From: Octopus vulgaris
Lineage: Eukaryota
Reading direction: 5' to 3'
DNA: 64,000 nucleotides
Assembly (NCBI GenBank): GCA_951406725.2
Contig: OX597816.1
Location: 176,018,001-176,082,000 of the forward strand
Positions 28,660 to 41,989 of the stretch are shown one piece after another. The notes below the pieces were generated by a model that searched no databases, had not been told where the DNA came from, and was given only the letters and a program-made list of their open reading frames with translations. Numbering within the stretch: the stretch's first letter is position 1; every line of letters begins with the position of its first letter. The translations under genes were made by a program, and so were the position numbers.

Positions 28660-29003
28660 TAAATTTTGTTGTGCATAAGCAAATAGATTTGCTTTTGCTC
28701 GTACGTAGCCACATAAAGTCCGTCATGTGAAAAGCATGGTTCTTCAAGCTGCTACCCAGCAACTTTTAGTTTTTGGCACTAACTTTTATTAATGCTCATG
28801 ACAAAAAAAAGTGTGATAGGAAACTGTAACCGCTTAAATTGGAATGGGATATTAGATGGTATAACTGGTATGTAAGGAACAAAGACGGCCTCACCTTTAT
28901 CACAACCAGAGGCAAAAATATTTGCCTCACTGCAGTTCCTCATAAATTTGTGCACAATTAGTGTTGTACCATTGCATAATTTTTGTTGAGGAAAAGTATG
29001 CAA
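28660..29003 (-). pseudogene. Helitron Pif1 helicase C-terminal fragment
   Basis: LCNGT.L..G..VF.P.IP.IP..PFQFKRLQFP..F.MSINKS. Confidence 0.85.
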
Positions 29004-29379
29004 ATTTGGTGTGATGACTTAATGCAATGCAGAAGTAGTATATCTCAAATTTCAGTTTTCAGTTTTAAGTAGTTTAGGAGTTATAGAGTTTATAATTTGT
29101 TACCACTTAGGCCCTACTTCCTGAAATATCCACTTCCTCGCCTTTTTATTTCTATGACGCTGAAAACGTGATTATATTAACTATTTTTCAGAATAGTAGG
29201 CTTTTCCAACTAGAGTATCTAAAATGATCTCTTATCAGAGAAGTGCTTGTGTCACTGAAAGAAACAAAGAAAAAAAAGGAAAAAAGAACAAAGGAAATTT
29301 TGAAAGATGTAATATTTTATGGGAAAAGAAATTAAATTTCCCATATTTATCAATTCAAAACGTACAAGCAGAAAAATGC

Positions 29380-30110
29380 TGAATTCCTGCAATAAATGTG
29401 TAAAATGAGGAAAATGTGATTCCTTGAAAGGAATTTTTGACATCACAAAGGAAAATGGTGAATGGCTGTGATGATAGATGGTTATATCATCTTCAATTTG
29501 AAAGCAAGGGACAGGTTAGATATACAACTGGAAAGACAGCCAGCTCCAAAACTATCCATCCATCCAAAAGAAGAAAAGTGACCTCAATGGCAACTTCAAC
29601 CAGAGCAACTCCAGTGTCATCGTCAACATCTGAAGCAGAAACTGAAAGTGAATATCCAGAGTCCGAAAAATTAGATGAAAAATCCTCACAAACAACGAGG
29701 AAGTATAACAAAACTAGAATTGCAACCAAGTTAGTAATATCTTCCAAGCTATCAACCCCAAAGCAGCAACAGTTTGTCGACTTTATCAGGATGGAATCAA
29801 TCTGGTATTTACAGCTGTTAAACTAAAAAAGAAAATAAAGAAAACACTACATTTAGAAAACTGGTCATTGCATTTTGATGGTAAATGTTTTGATGATCAA
29901 GAATACCAAGCACTAGTTTTAAAGAACCAATAGTTAACTTAGAAGAACTCCAATTACCAAACGGAAAAGCCGATACTGTTGTGAAAGAAATAACACCTGT
30001 TTTAGATGATTACAATTTATGGAAGTGTGTAAAGATTATTGTCGCTGACACAACGAGTGTGACCACTGGGAAAAGAAATGGCATTGTCATTCAGATGCAA
30101 GGACACATAT
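29380..30110 (+). pseudogene. DNA transposase fragment (hAT-superfamily, hATm-like)
   Basis: LHFDGK ... NGKA ... ADTTSVTTGKRNG motifs across broken frames. Confidence 0.5.
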
Positions 30111-30600
30111 GGAGACACATATCTATACATAACAGACGCACATACATATTCACACAAGCCCATACAGAAACACACTCAAAAAGGCACAGACAAAAAGACA
30201 GAGATACACACACACGCACATACAAACACATGCACACACACAAACACAAACATGAACACATATATACAAACGTGCATACATGCATAAACGCACACACACA
30301 CACACACACATGCATACACATTTACATGTACACATACATATGCGTATGTGCACGCACACTGAGGCACACGCATGCTCACATACGAACAAACAAAAAGAAC
30401 GCAGCTCCGATAACAGACAGAGTCAATGACTCTTGAAAAGGTTGTAAGATGCAACAAAAGTTTTAGAAAAATAAATAAATGAGTGGAAATTGAACCAGTG
30501 AGTGTGTTAAATAATTAGGCACTAAAAGAGAATGACTCACCCAAGATTCAATACACATAACCTCACTCACACACACACATATATACACACATATTTATAG

Positions 30601-30644
<44 letters not shown>

Positions 30645-31041
30645 ATATACATATGTGATCTAAGAGATACCACCATGCTAGAGATAGCAGTCAAAATTTG
30701 ACTCTAAAACCACTTCATGTATTCATGAAAAGACAAATAGACAAATAAACTAGCTAAATATTTTTGGATAATCACAGATCCGGATTTCTGGCTCTGTATA
30801 AAAATATACCCTTAATTATTATTTTAATAATAATTTATACCTACGAGATTTTTATTCCCATGCTGGCCACTTGATATGATTGTTGTTTTAAAGAACGATC
30901 TTATCCTTATATAAAAATTTATATATTTACTTCATTATATTCACTGTGGTGGTACTTTGACCATATAACACGTGAAGTTTAGACGGGCAATTAAACCGGT
31001 CGTGTATATAAGTACATATACATGTATGTATACATGCGTAT

Positions 31042-31367
31042 TTAGGAGCACTCCGTCGGTTACGACGACGAGGGTCCCAGCTGATACGATCAACGGAACA
31101 GCCTGCTCGTGGAATTAACGTGCAAGTGGCTGAGCACTCCACAGACACGATTACCCTTAACGTAGTTCTCAGGGAGATTCAGCGTAACACAAAGTGTGAC
31201 AAGGCCGGCCCTTTGAAATACAGGTACAACTAACTTTTGCCAGCTGAGTGGACTGGAGCAACGTGAAATAAAGTGTCTTGCTCAAGGACACAACGCATCG
31301 CCGGGAATCGAACTCACGACCTTACAATCGTCAGCCGAATGCTCTAACCACTAAGCCATGCGCCTTC
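31042..31367 (-). mobile_element. tRNA-derived SINE, family A (full length)
   Basis: A box TGGCTTAGTGG, B box GTTCGATTCC; 10-bp TSD ACATGCGTAT at 31032-31041 and 31368-31377. Confidence 0.92.
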
Positions 31368-31394
31368 ACATGCGTATATAGAATAAATTACTGA

Positions 31395-31612
31395 AATTTT
31401 CCTTCAATACTAACGTGCGAGCTTCATCACATGGGGACAAATGTGCAAAGCACTTTTCAACCTAGCCCCTCCAATTAGGAAATGAGAAAGTACCATTTGA
31501 TGGGAATGGTAATATCGGTTTGGCTCATATTGCTATCACGGTGAATTCCCCAGCTGAATTGAAGAACAGGGTATTTCCAAACTTACGTAATGATTATAAT
31601 TCACATAAATAG
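31395..31612 (+). pseudogene. Helitron Pif1 helicase internal fragment
   Basis: Translates TNVRA..HGD..A..F...LQLGNEKVP...ELKNRVFPNL..YNSHK, matching the TNMR..LGDG..VFPN..HKW block of RepHel. Confidence 0.65.
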
Positions 31613-32312
31613 TCAGACGCGGCGTCTCCGAAAGAGAGCGGTGCCGTGTCTGTCCCTTCTTCCCTGGACAGAACCGTGGCTTCAACTCCGGGTTTCGCTG
31701 CCTCGTAGCGTTTCTGCAGCTTTTCTTCCCTTCCCGGCATCACCCCGCCTTGGCGCGCGTCGTTTTCGTGGCGACCACCGTCATGGCACTCGCTCGTTGA
31801 CCGCAGTCCGGACGCAGTTCGTCGCAGCCGTTTCGAAAGGATCAGGTGGAGGAAGCGACGACGACCACCGACGCGTAGGGCGCCGGGCGAGTCTAAAAGC
31901 TGCAGCGGGCCCGCGCCAATCGCCGCTGCCCCTCTCGTCTGCCGACCTAGTCGCTGGCCTTCTTCGCCCTCTCCTCCTCTTCCGCCCGGAACCGGCCCCA
32001 CTTCAAATCGACCCGCACCGTAGCCCGTCCGCAGCGGCCCCGGTGTGCGGCAGTCGGATCGCAAACCGTTTTTTGTATCGCGAACGCTTCTTCGCGCGTC
32101 GACCCGTGTTGTTTTCGCCTCTTCTCCTCCTCCGGGACGAGGAGCTGGCGCGCGCGTATACGAACGGCGGCCGAACTCGCGAGCGCCCGCGCCCCTGTTT
32201 TCGGCCCCTCCGATTCCTTTCGTTCTCGTTTCCGATCGTCGGCGGCGGGCGGCTGCTTCCCGAGCTTCCGCCGCCGCCGCGCGCTTCGTTCTCTCGAAAC
32301 GTACGTCGGTGA
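31613..32312 (+). other. putative rDNA 5' external transcribed spacer fragment
   Basis: Abrupt GC/CpG-rich island running directly into the 18S 5' end. Confidence 0.8.
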
Positions 32313-32344
32313 TACCTGGTTGATCCTGCCAGTAGTCATATGCT
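32313..32344 (+). rRNA. 18S rRNA: 18S rRNA 5' terminal fragment (32 nt, non-functional)
   Basis: TACCTGGTTGATCCTGCCAGTAGTCATATGCT is the universal eukaryotic SSU rRNA start. Confidence 0.95.
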
Positions 32345-35300
32345 GTAGTGGTGCTGATTAGATGAATCACAACACAGTGGTGGAGATGTTTTCATTGATG
32401 GGCGTTATGATTAAATTTGTTGTTGTATAAAATGATCTGTTGCTTAGTTTCCAAAGTGTATGTTGCGATCGTGTTGTCGCTTATGTAAACTTTAACAGTG
32501 AGAGTGTAGATGTAGGGGGTAGATGTGTCATGTACGTTGGATATAGAAGAGGAGGCTGGTGGTTTGATGACGAATGGATAGAAATAGAGGTGAGCGAAGG
32601 ACAGGTGTTGGTTAAGTGTGAATTAATGTCATGAAACGCCTAAAAATGTAAATGCCATCATAAAAGAAAGTTGTATGTAAGTGAAATACTAACGTGTTCG
32701 AAAATGATGAAACGTAGTAATCCTATAAAACCTCCTTGTACACAATGTTTTTTGTTTTTCGTTGTGGAACAAATGCGAAAGCATCAGTGTTGCTGCCGAC
32801 ACACGTGCAGCCAACATAAAGCTGACCATGAGAGAAACATGGCTCTCCCAAATGTATTCCCGCCACAGACAGTGTTTGACCCTGCGCTTTGTTAATTGAC
32901 AATGCGAAACATGGCCTTACTGGGACCTGGGACCTCCGAAATATGAAAGGTAGGCCTGCTCCTGATGGGAAAAGATGCATCCTAGGTATGAGCACAACGT
33001 TGCCTCGACCGCACCCTGTGATAATGGTGGCCTCAATCAGATTGGGAGATAAGGACTTAACGATCAAACGTGTGCCATTACATTGTTTTGGGGGAACCAA
33101 ATTTCTAATGAGCATTATAGGGGCACCAACTTTAAGTTTGAGAATGTGTGGTGGTAGTCCGGGGGGGGCTCAAAAGAATTGAGTACCTCTATTGGATAGT
33201 TGATGACGTCCTCTGGGTCAAGGAGTTGTATCGATAGACTTATAGACTGTTGTAAATGAGGTCAGTGTACCCGACCTCCATTGATGGATGTAGCGATTGA
33301 GCGTGACGCAGGAAATCTTCAGCCATATCATCTTTGTAGGTAAGCCATAAAGAGGCGGGATCAGCCAAGTCACACCATAGTAGTAGAATAGCGAAAAGCG
33401 ATCTGATTTTTTTAGGAGATTTTAATGAAACACCTTCTGCCATAGTGGCGCCCCATTGTGAATCATCCTCCAAAAGTCGACGCCGAAAACAGGCTTCGCG
33501 GAAAGTATCACATAATACACCATCAACAGTTCTGATGTCTTGAAAACTTTGTGGGCCTAAAACCTCATGGAGGAGAAGGCGCAGGTGAAAACAGTCATGT
33601 TGGTTTGGAGGTACAGTGTAGACTCTTCCTAGACAACTGTTAAACTTGACACCAGGATGTCCTTCAACATCCTGACCCGACTTCCTACGCACCCAATTGT
33701 TGTTTGACCACACGTAGTAGGACGGGACCTGAGGATATAAAAGTGTTTTAGCAAATGTGTCAAGTTGGCAAAGCCTAAAGAAACCGGTCAAAGTTGTTTG
33801 TTTTGGATTGGCCACCAATTGTGCATCAGTCTGTTCAGTAAAGTAAGTTCGTTGGCCATTTTCCAAATGAACCGCTAGTTGTATGATGGCGGGGTGCCTT
33901 TGGTGAAGTGGAAACCCGAATATCCGCCAAAAAGCTTCACCACTGCTTATGTACCGACCTACCATGTACTGTGACACCTCGTCCATGCTATTGTCCTTTT
34001 GAAGGCCAAACATGGCAGCGTCAGAACCCTTGTTAACATATTTACATATATACTTTATAGACTTGACTGAATGACAGAACTCCACATTTATGTGAGCGTT
34101 AAAAGATTTCATCAGAAATGGACAGTACGGCACTACCCACCTATTATCTACTTGATGACCCCGTAACGTTATAGTGAATCCACCATTGTCAGGGTGCCTT
34201 CTTCTGTACAGTGGGTATTCGTCGCGGCCGGTCTGGGTCTCGTCCACGAACCTCTTTGGGTACCGTTTAGTGCACACGTGGTCTTTGTGGCATGAGGAGA
34301 ACTTTTGAAAACCAGGACCGCACGGACCGTGTACCATGTGTGCCTTCACAATGTCGTACAGCTGCCGGTCAACAGTTGGGTCCGAAATTTCTGCTGCAAT
34401 GAGATCATCAAAAACTGTTGGGTCTATTTTGTTGACCAACCAAAGCAAAATGTGCGCGTGTGGCAACCCTCTTTTCTGCCACTCAACAGTATACATGTGG
34501 CAGTTAACAGGCCCAAAAACCTGCCCTTTTTTTATTAAATGAATGAGCTTAGCCAGTTTCTGCCTGAAAACCCTTGCAATAATATCATGGCGATGACAGT
34601 ACTGCTGCCCTGGGAGAAGTTCTCGCGTTACCTCAAACCACTTTGGGTTACATGTAAAGGTAATGAATAAATCGGGTCGCCCATAATGCCGAACGTAAGT
34701 CATAGCGTCTTGTGTTCGCTCGTGCATGTACCGTGGGCCCCCTGTATAGGTTGAGGGGAGAATGCACATTTTGCCGATATTGTGGGCGTCAGTGTTATTC
34801 CTGATGCCATCACGCAAATGGATGTAGGAGTCTGAGCGCAGCTGCTTCTGATTCAATTTGATGAAGCCCAGTCTCTCGGACTCCATCTTTGCAGCCATGT
34901 CAACTGCCAACTGGTGAAACAGTTCCCGTGATCTGTGCAGGGGTTGAAATCATTATGCCTTGTCATGAAGCGGTATGAGTAAAAAGCCATACATGAAACA
35001 GTTTTAGATGTCGCAGCCGAGGGCTCGTTTGGTTTGTGGTGAGGAATGCCGAAATGGTACCCGTCTTCTCCATACGGAAAAAGAAGGGGATACTGCAGGG
35101 CGTCATATGACCGATGCGTCTCATTAATACGCTGAAGACCACTGTCGCGGCTTTGAAGAACTATGTCTCGCTGATTGTGCTGTTCACCATGGAGAACTAT
35201 GGCCACTTCATTGCACGAAGGAGCGTTATATCGGCGCGCGTGCTCCCCAGAAGGCCTTTTGTCAGCATCGATGACAATGGTGAATGTTGGTGAAGGGGCT

Positions 35301-37022
35301 GTTTCCAAGGCGTATTTGAAACTGCGAATATAGCTGTTGTGGTCATGAAGCATGTTTTGCAGACTGAGCAGCACGTCCCTGTCGAAATTGTCAGCGTCAG
35401 TGTTTGCAGGTTGTGGAATTACACCGAAACGCAAATCAAGTTGCCTATTGTAATTTGTAATGAAATAAATTTGAAGGAACGAAGGTTTGCAATTTTGTAG
35501 TGGCTGGAGTGACCCAATAAGGTGATACACCTGGTCCTGGACCTTGAAAGTAGGCATCCAACCAGTTTCTCTGACAACGTTAGCCCCGAAAGAAGTCATC
35601 TGAAATGCACAATTGTACTTCCTGATGAGTTGAAGGAATTTTGATGACCTTGAGGTGGAACCATTAAGTAATTCCTTCAAAGGGTCTGGCAGCACCCGAA
35701 GAGGGGACAAGCTGACCTTACCGTTTAAGCAGCACATTGCAGGTGGTTCCCCAGCCCACTTTTTAGCATTGCAGAATTGGCAATTGAAGCACATTTCCCC
35801 AATATTCATGTCAGCGTGCATCGAGTAATTGAAGTTGGGCTCATACTTGAAAGCCCGTAGATGCCAGTAAGGGCTGTTTGGACTCGTCGGACCGCGGGTA
35901 GCCTCGCGGCGTCGACTGTTCCGCTGGAATGTAGAACGTTGCTGGTCTGAGTCGTGGGAATGTGTCGAAAATGTTGAAGCAGCAGTAGCCGCAGCGTTTG
36001 TAGCCAGTCGAGTGGCCCTTTGTTGTGGGTCCTCTGAAGCCCTTTGTGCAGCAACAGCAGAAGCGTTTATGGCCATGCGCTTCGACCTTGTTTTCGGATC
36101 CTCTGAAGCCCTGGAAGCAGAATCGTATGAAGCCATTTTTGCTAGGCGTGCGTTGCGCTGTTGTAAATTTTCAGCAGCTCGTGATTGCGCTGAACGTAAG
36201 GCGCTCTGTGAAAGTCTGAAAGCGTTTTTGTCGGAAGACTCGTTTGCGATAATCGCCTTTTGCGCCGCTGCTGCTGCAGTATGGCGGCCGGCATTTTATG
36301 TGAAAAAGAAAGGGTGAAAGTTACTTAAAGATAGAAATTGTAATGTGAATGAAATGTGGAAAAATGTTAGCCGTGGAAGGAAAAGAAAGAAATATTTGCA
36401 GCTGGAAGAAATTTTTTATGCAAGTATAGCGACAGAGTGTGTAAAGTGTATTGAAAGTTGAGTTGAAAGCAAGAAAATAAAGTTAGATTTGTAAGAAAGG
36501 AAGTAGTTTACGTACATGTTCGAAATGTGAAATGTTTTAGTTGTTTAATCAAATATTTGCGTAAAGTGTATAGAAACGTAAATTGAAAAAGAAAATGAAT
36601 TGAAATTTTTAAGAAAAGAATTTGTTTACATACATGTGTTAAATGGCAAATGTTTGTGCAGTTGTCCGAAATGGAACCAGGCTCGTTCAAGGTACATTTG
36701 TGGTGTGTCATGGTGTGTGTTAAGTACGGTATATATAATGTGTTGCAGCTATAAACTTTACATGCCACGTGATTACAATAGTGAAACAGTAATAATAATA
36801 ACAAACCTTTTTAATTTATCCCCATTTATGTGAAACAACTTATTCAAGTTCAAGTCATTGATGCAATTTTATACGAATTGCTAATACACACACACATAAT
36901 AAGGGTGAAAAATTGAATATTAATTTGATTAATATGAATTGAAAACCAGTGGTGTAGCATATAAGACCATACGGGATCTTCTTCTAGCAAAGAGAAGATC
37001 CCGTATGAATGGCTCATCCCTG

Positions 37023-37107
<85 letters not shown>

Positions 37108-37783
37108 AGCTTACAATTTTCTTTCAACAATTGACACTGTCATATATGTATATGTTTGCGTGTCTATGTGTGTAAAGAGGAAGTAATAGGCAGAGTAAAG
37201 CCTTTGAAGTGAAAGAGGGAAATCGTAAAATATTGAGTTTTCTCGAATTTTTGCTTAATTGGGGGTCAAATTGAAAGAAATTTGTATGCCATGACCGACT
37301 GGAATGTACTTGGAAAAATCATAGGTAAACTCTAATTGAAGAAATTGTGTGAGGAGTAAATCGTTATGTATTTATTTGTTTCTGTTTGCTGTGTATTTTT
37401 TTTGAGTAGTGGTTTAAGGTACACTTGCAAAGAGAAAGTAGGAGAAATTAGGGTGATAGCATGAGTGAAGCAGTTCATCCCTGTTATATAAATACTTTCA
37501 CTTTAATTGTTGCACACTTGCAAAGAGAAAGTAGCAGAAAGTGTGGTGGTAATGGTAGGAGTGAAGCACTTGAAATGAAAGAGGGAAATCGTAAAATATT
37601 GAGTTTTCTCGAATTTTTGCTTAATTGGGGGTGAAATTGAAAAAACTTTACATGCCATGACCTAATGGAATCTACTTGGAAAAATGATAGGTAAATTCCA
37701 ATTGAAGAAATTCTATATTGTAGAATTGTATAAAAAACGAACGGTTTGGGAGGCAGAGAAAATCTGCCTTTTATCATAAAAGA
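32345..37783 (-). mobile_element. Helitron with disrupted RepHel gene
   Basis: 5' end A|TCTTTTATGATAAAAGG at 37783; RepHel fragments 36290->32723; canonical 3' CTAG end not found. Confidence 0.9.
32723..36290 (-). pseudogene. Helitron RepHel (N-terminal repeats, Zn finger, HUH Rep, partial Pif1)
   Basis: [62 protein letters not shown]; frameshift ~34900; helicase Walker A region absent. Confidence 0.93.
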
Positions 37784-38075
37784 TTCACCCTGAATTTATT
37801 GTATTCACCCTGAATTTATTGTCAGTTCCAGTATGGCAAGGTGAATTTTCTATCATTTGAATGACATTCGAACCATGGAAAAAAATGATAATGAGCAATC
37901 CATTTTCATGCACAGCAAATATCCAGTACTGAGTTATGGAATATATTCATTTTTAAGGTGGTAGCAATTGGAAGATTTGGTTATTTCTAGCAGTTTGAGC
38001 TACTGTGTGTAGGCTTCAGTGGTGTTGGAGAAGAGACAGAAGGCAGAGTTGTAAGTGTTGATTTTTATGTGTATA

Positions 38076-38590
38076 CTAGCAGTATCGCCCGGCGTTGCTC
38101 GGGTTTGTAAGGGAAATAACTATATAAGCATTTTTAGAGAGTTACTTCCCTTATAGATGCCAATTCGGGCATTTTTAGCCATTTCTGTTTTGGTGTCTTC
38201 AAGCCATGAAGTCGTTGTTCTAAAAGAACGCTGGTCTCCTTGACAACGCTTTACGACGTTGATTTCCTTACACTCCCTTCCCCACAGCTTCACGAGGGAG
38301 GGAAGAAGGGGAAGAAGCAAACACAGGTGCAGGTGTGACCATGGACGCCAACTCCGCCGCCATCGACACACGAAAAATTATGCATTAAAATGGAATAAAA
38401 AATGATGTTAAATTATTTTTAAAATCGTAGACTCATCGTAGACGCGTGCTAATACCCAGACGGGCTCGATATTAATCCCGACTATAAGATACCCGAATTT
38501 GGTTAAACTGCACCGCAAAATGTGGGAGGAGTTAGGAATCTAAATCGAAGGGGACAGACACTCACACAACTACAGTTTTATATATATAGA
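38076..38590 (-). mobile_element. complete non-autonomous Helitron
   Basis: Minus strand A|TCTATATATA...CCCGAGCAACGCCGGG hairpin...CTAG|T, inserted in AT without TSD. Confidence 0.92.
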
Positions 38591-38749
38591 TTTGTATGGA
38601 AGTATGAGAATAAGTGACGTGAAAGGTAAGTGTCATTCGGTGTAAAAAAGTTAAGTAAAAAGAAAGAGAAAAGTACAGATAATTGTTCTTGTACAATCAA
38701 TTAAAAACAATGAATTGATGATTATATGGTTCTGTATTTCTAGTTCACT

Positions 38750-39440
38750 CACTCCCACTTCTCTCTCTCTCTCTCTCCCTCTCTCATACTCATATAAGAT
38801 ATCTATTTCTTTCTTTGTTTTTCCTTCTCTCCTTCTTTATCTCTGTGTCACACCTTTTCATTCCCTTTTTATCATTCTCCATCTGTTTTATACTCATTTC
38901 ATATACTTTCTTCCCCCCCCCGTTTTCCCTATTCTCTTCTCGTCATTCTTTTTGCTCTTCTCAGTTTTCGTTTTATCATTGTCTTCTTTTAGTTTCAAAG
39001 GTCAATTGCATCATCATCATTAGCAGCAGCAGCATCATCTTCATACTCCCCCCACTTCCTATTGATTTACCTTTTATTTTTTCCTTCTTTTTTTGTTCCT
39101 ACCTCTGACTCGTTCTTCTTCTTCTTCTTACTCTCATTCACTTTTGTTTCTTTCTAAATCTTTTCCTTGCCATCCATTCATTTTGTTTCTTTTCCTTTTT
39201 TCTTTCTTTGTTTCTATTTATGCATTTTTCTTCTTTCCCTTTCATTCTTTCAGTTGCTTTTTCTTCCCCTGTCATTCATTTTCTTTTTGTTTCTCACTTG
39301 TCTTTCCTCTTCACTCTTTTTCTTTTGTTTTCTAACCACTTCCCTTTGTTTTCAACTTGCTTTTCCTGTCTTTCTTTCATTCTGATTCTTCTCTTTCTCC
39401 TCCTCCTCCCTTTCTTGTCTTTACGTCTTCCTTGTTCATA
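38750..39440. repeat. pyrimidine-rich (CT/T) low-complexity tract
   Basis: Directly visible; source of F/L/S pseudo-ORFs. Confidence 0.85.
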
Positions 39441-40771
39441 ATTCTGGTTCAATCAAAAAACAAAACTATAATAACAAATGTAGACTGTGTATGTGTGTGT
39501 GTGTGTGTATTTATTTACTTATGCATGTATGTATAGATACACACATACATATACACACACACGTGCATGCACACACACATGCATGCACACACACACACAG
39601 ACACACACACACACACACACACGCACACATATGAATGAATAAAAACCGACTTTTATTCACTTCAGTGTTCAAGACATTAACAGTAGGATAAAAAGTACCA
39701 ACCAGATAAATCAATAAACACAATCAGAATTAAACATTATTATTCTTCCATCTGTTTTTCTTTTCCCCTTGTTCTTCTCCTTGGTGGTGGTGATTTTCTA
39801 TTAAAACCATAATGATTTCTTTTTATTAAGAAGAATAGAACTAATAATAACTATCTAATTGCATGAATCTTCTTTTGAAGGAGAACTTGTAACCAAGCAA
39901 TTTAGCCATCAAGCTTTGAACATTGAAAATTATAACAGAAACAATAAAAGAAAATGTGCCATTATTGACCGGAGCTCAAGCAAGAATTAGTTTATTGTGT
40001 TCACATGTACTTTATAATGAAACAAAACCACTTGATGCATAAAATGATGGTTTACCAACATAGAGAGGCAGTAGCTGGACAATTCATCAAAGCTGGTTGA
40101 AGCTAACCTGGAATAAAGCTTTCTATTAAATTACATTGTAAAGGCACTTTGTATGCTGTCAAAAAATTTAGCTCTTCAAATTGTTATTGAAGTGACAGTA
40201 AAATAACTAGAGATTATCTAGGCAATCATTGAATTTACTTGAAATAGCAGCCAATTCATCCACAAATTACATCTTAAAAGTAGGAAAGGACACATCAGGA
40301 AACGTAATTCTAGATACCTCTAAAAAACATGATGGCTATAGCTGGAAAGTTTTTGATAAGTCTGCTCAATAAGGGTTGATACAAGCCTAAATAACACTTT
40401 TTCAATAAAAAATACATGAGTATCTCCAAAATATATTTGTTTTAATTTGTATTGATTGTCCCTGTTGGTGCAAGGCCACATATTTCAGTAGGAAAGGCAG
40501 AGTTAATGAGATCAATCCAGTACTTAGCAGATATTTATCAGTGCTCAAAGGACATTTCTGCTTAAAAATTAAAATTTGTGTAAGCCAAAGAAGAAACTTG
40601 TATGCAGTCACTTGGCCTGCTTGAAATAACAACCATATTTCCCTTAGATCACACGCTGCTATCTTAAATGAAGAATAACACATTGATAATATAGTCAGAA
40701 CATACATGTATGCATACTCATATACAGATTTGTGTGCATGTATGTAATCATATGCGTATGTATGTATATAT

Positions 40772-41030
40772 GTTGTAAGGCCATGAGTTTGATTCCTGGC
40801 AGCATGTTGTGTCCTTGTGCAGTTTATTTTTTGTTGTTCCAGTCCACTCACCAGGTAAAAATTAGTTGTACCTGTAATTCAAAGGGTCAGCCTTGTCACA
40901 TTCTATGTCATGTTGAATCTCCCCAAGAACTACATTAAAGGTACATGTTTCTGTGTAGTGCTCAGCCATGAGCATGCTGCTTGGTTGATCAAATTCAACT
41001 GGAACATTCGTTGTTGTAAGTGATGGAGAG
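40772..41030 (+). mobile_element. tRNA-derived SINE, family A (5'-truncated)
   Basis: Colinear with reverse complement of 31042-31367. Confidence 0.8.
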
Positions 41031-41459
41031 CCAGGCCATGTATATGTACATACAGGGTCTCCTCCTAAAATGAACACACATTTTACAGCTGATGACTCAT
41101 GATTTAACCCATTAGAAATAACAAAGGGGGTGGGGGGACAGATTAAGCTTTGAATGAAGGAAATGTATACTTAAGTAGCACTGGAAGTTTGAAAATGCAG
41201 TCAAAGTGTTATGACAATTTAGGAGAGTGTTTCTTGGCTCTCCCTTCATTCTCCCTTTCCCTTCTCTTTACCTCACATTGCCCCTTTCCTTCCTTTTTCT
41301 CTCTTTCTCATCCCTCCCTAATTCTTCAATCCCTCTGCCCCTTACCTCTCTCCTCTCCTTCCATGTAACCGGTGTTCTGCCAAGCCTGACTTTTCTTTCT
41401 TGGTTCGACTACCATCCGTGTAGCATCTCTTATGTTCCTTCCCATGACTTTCATCTCTT

Positions 41460-41895
41460 ATGTTCCTGCCATAAGACTTATCTTCCCTGATAGATTGCTT
41501 TTATACCTCTATATTACTTGAGTGTCCATAGCTTACATTGGGTACAGCATATAGAGTTTATACCTTGGGTACCTAAGTCCTGTCTTCTTTCCTACTTACT
41601 AAGACCTTTGCTTTTGCTAAATTCACCTGAAGGTCTCTCAATTCTAAGCTTAGTTTCCGTGTCCTGGATTTTCTCTGGAATGATTTGTAGGCCTGTAATG
41701 AATAAGATGGCGACTGGGGCTAAGCTATGGACTCCAACCTTCGCACTAAATTCATCACTGAATTCATCGTTGATTCTCTCTTTACTTACTGCATCTTTGT
41801 TCATGGCTTGTACAGCTTACACAAGCCATTTTTCAATACCTAGTTTCCCTAGTGACTGTGGTACCCTGTCAAATACCTTCTTCAAATCAACGAAA
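41460..41895 (-). pseudogene. old RTE-X RT fragment
   Basis: FDRVP..KLGIE.WLV.AVQAM.KDAVSK..KVGVH, homologous to 3590-3760. Confidence 0.75.
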
Positions 41896-41989
41896 TATAC
41901 ACACACACATGTCCACAAAGTGCAGTTTCTATAAAACCAGATCTGCTAATGACCTGCTTTACTCCATCACCACCAGGGATATTTTGTAA

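Noticed and set aside
31290-31367. tRNA gene
   Set aside because: tRNA-like head of a SINE with body and TSD; no acceptor stem
31590-32370. Overlapping 240-aa and 258-aa Arg/Pro/Ala-rich ORFs
   Set aside because: By-product of a GC-rich rDNA spacer; no domain motifs
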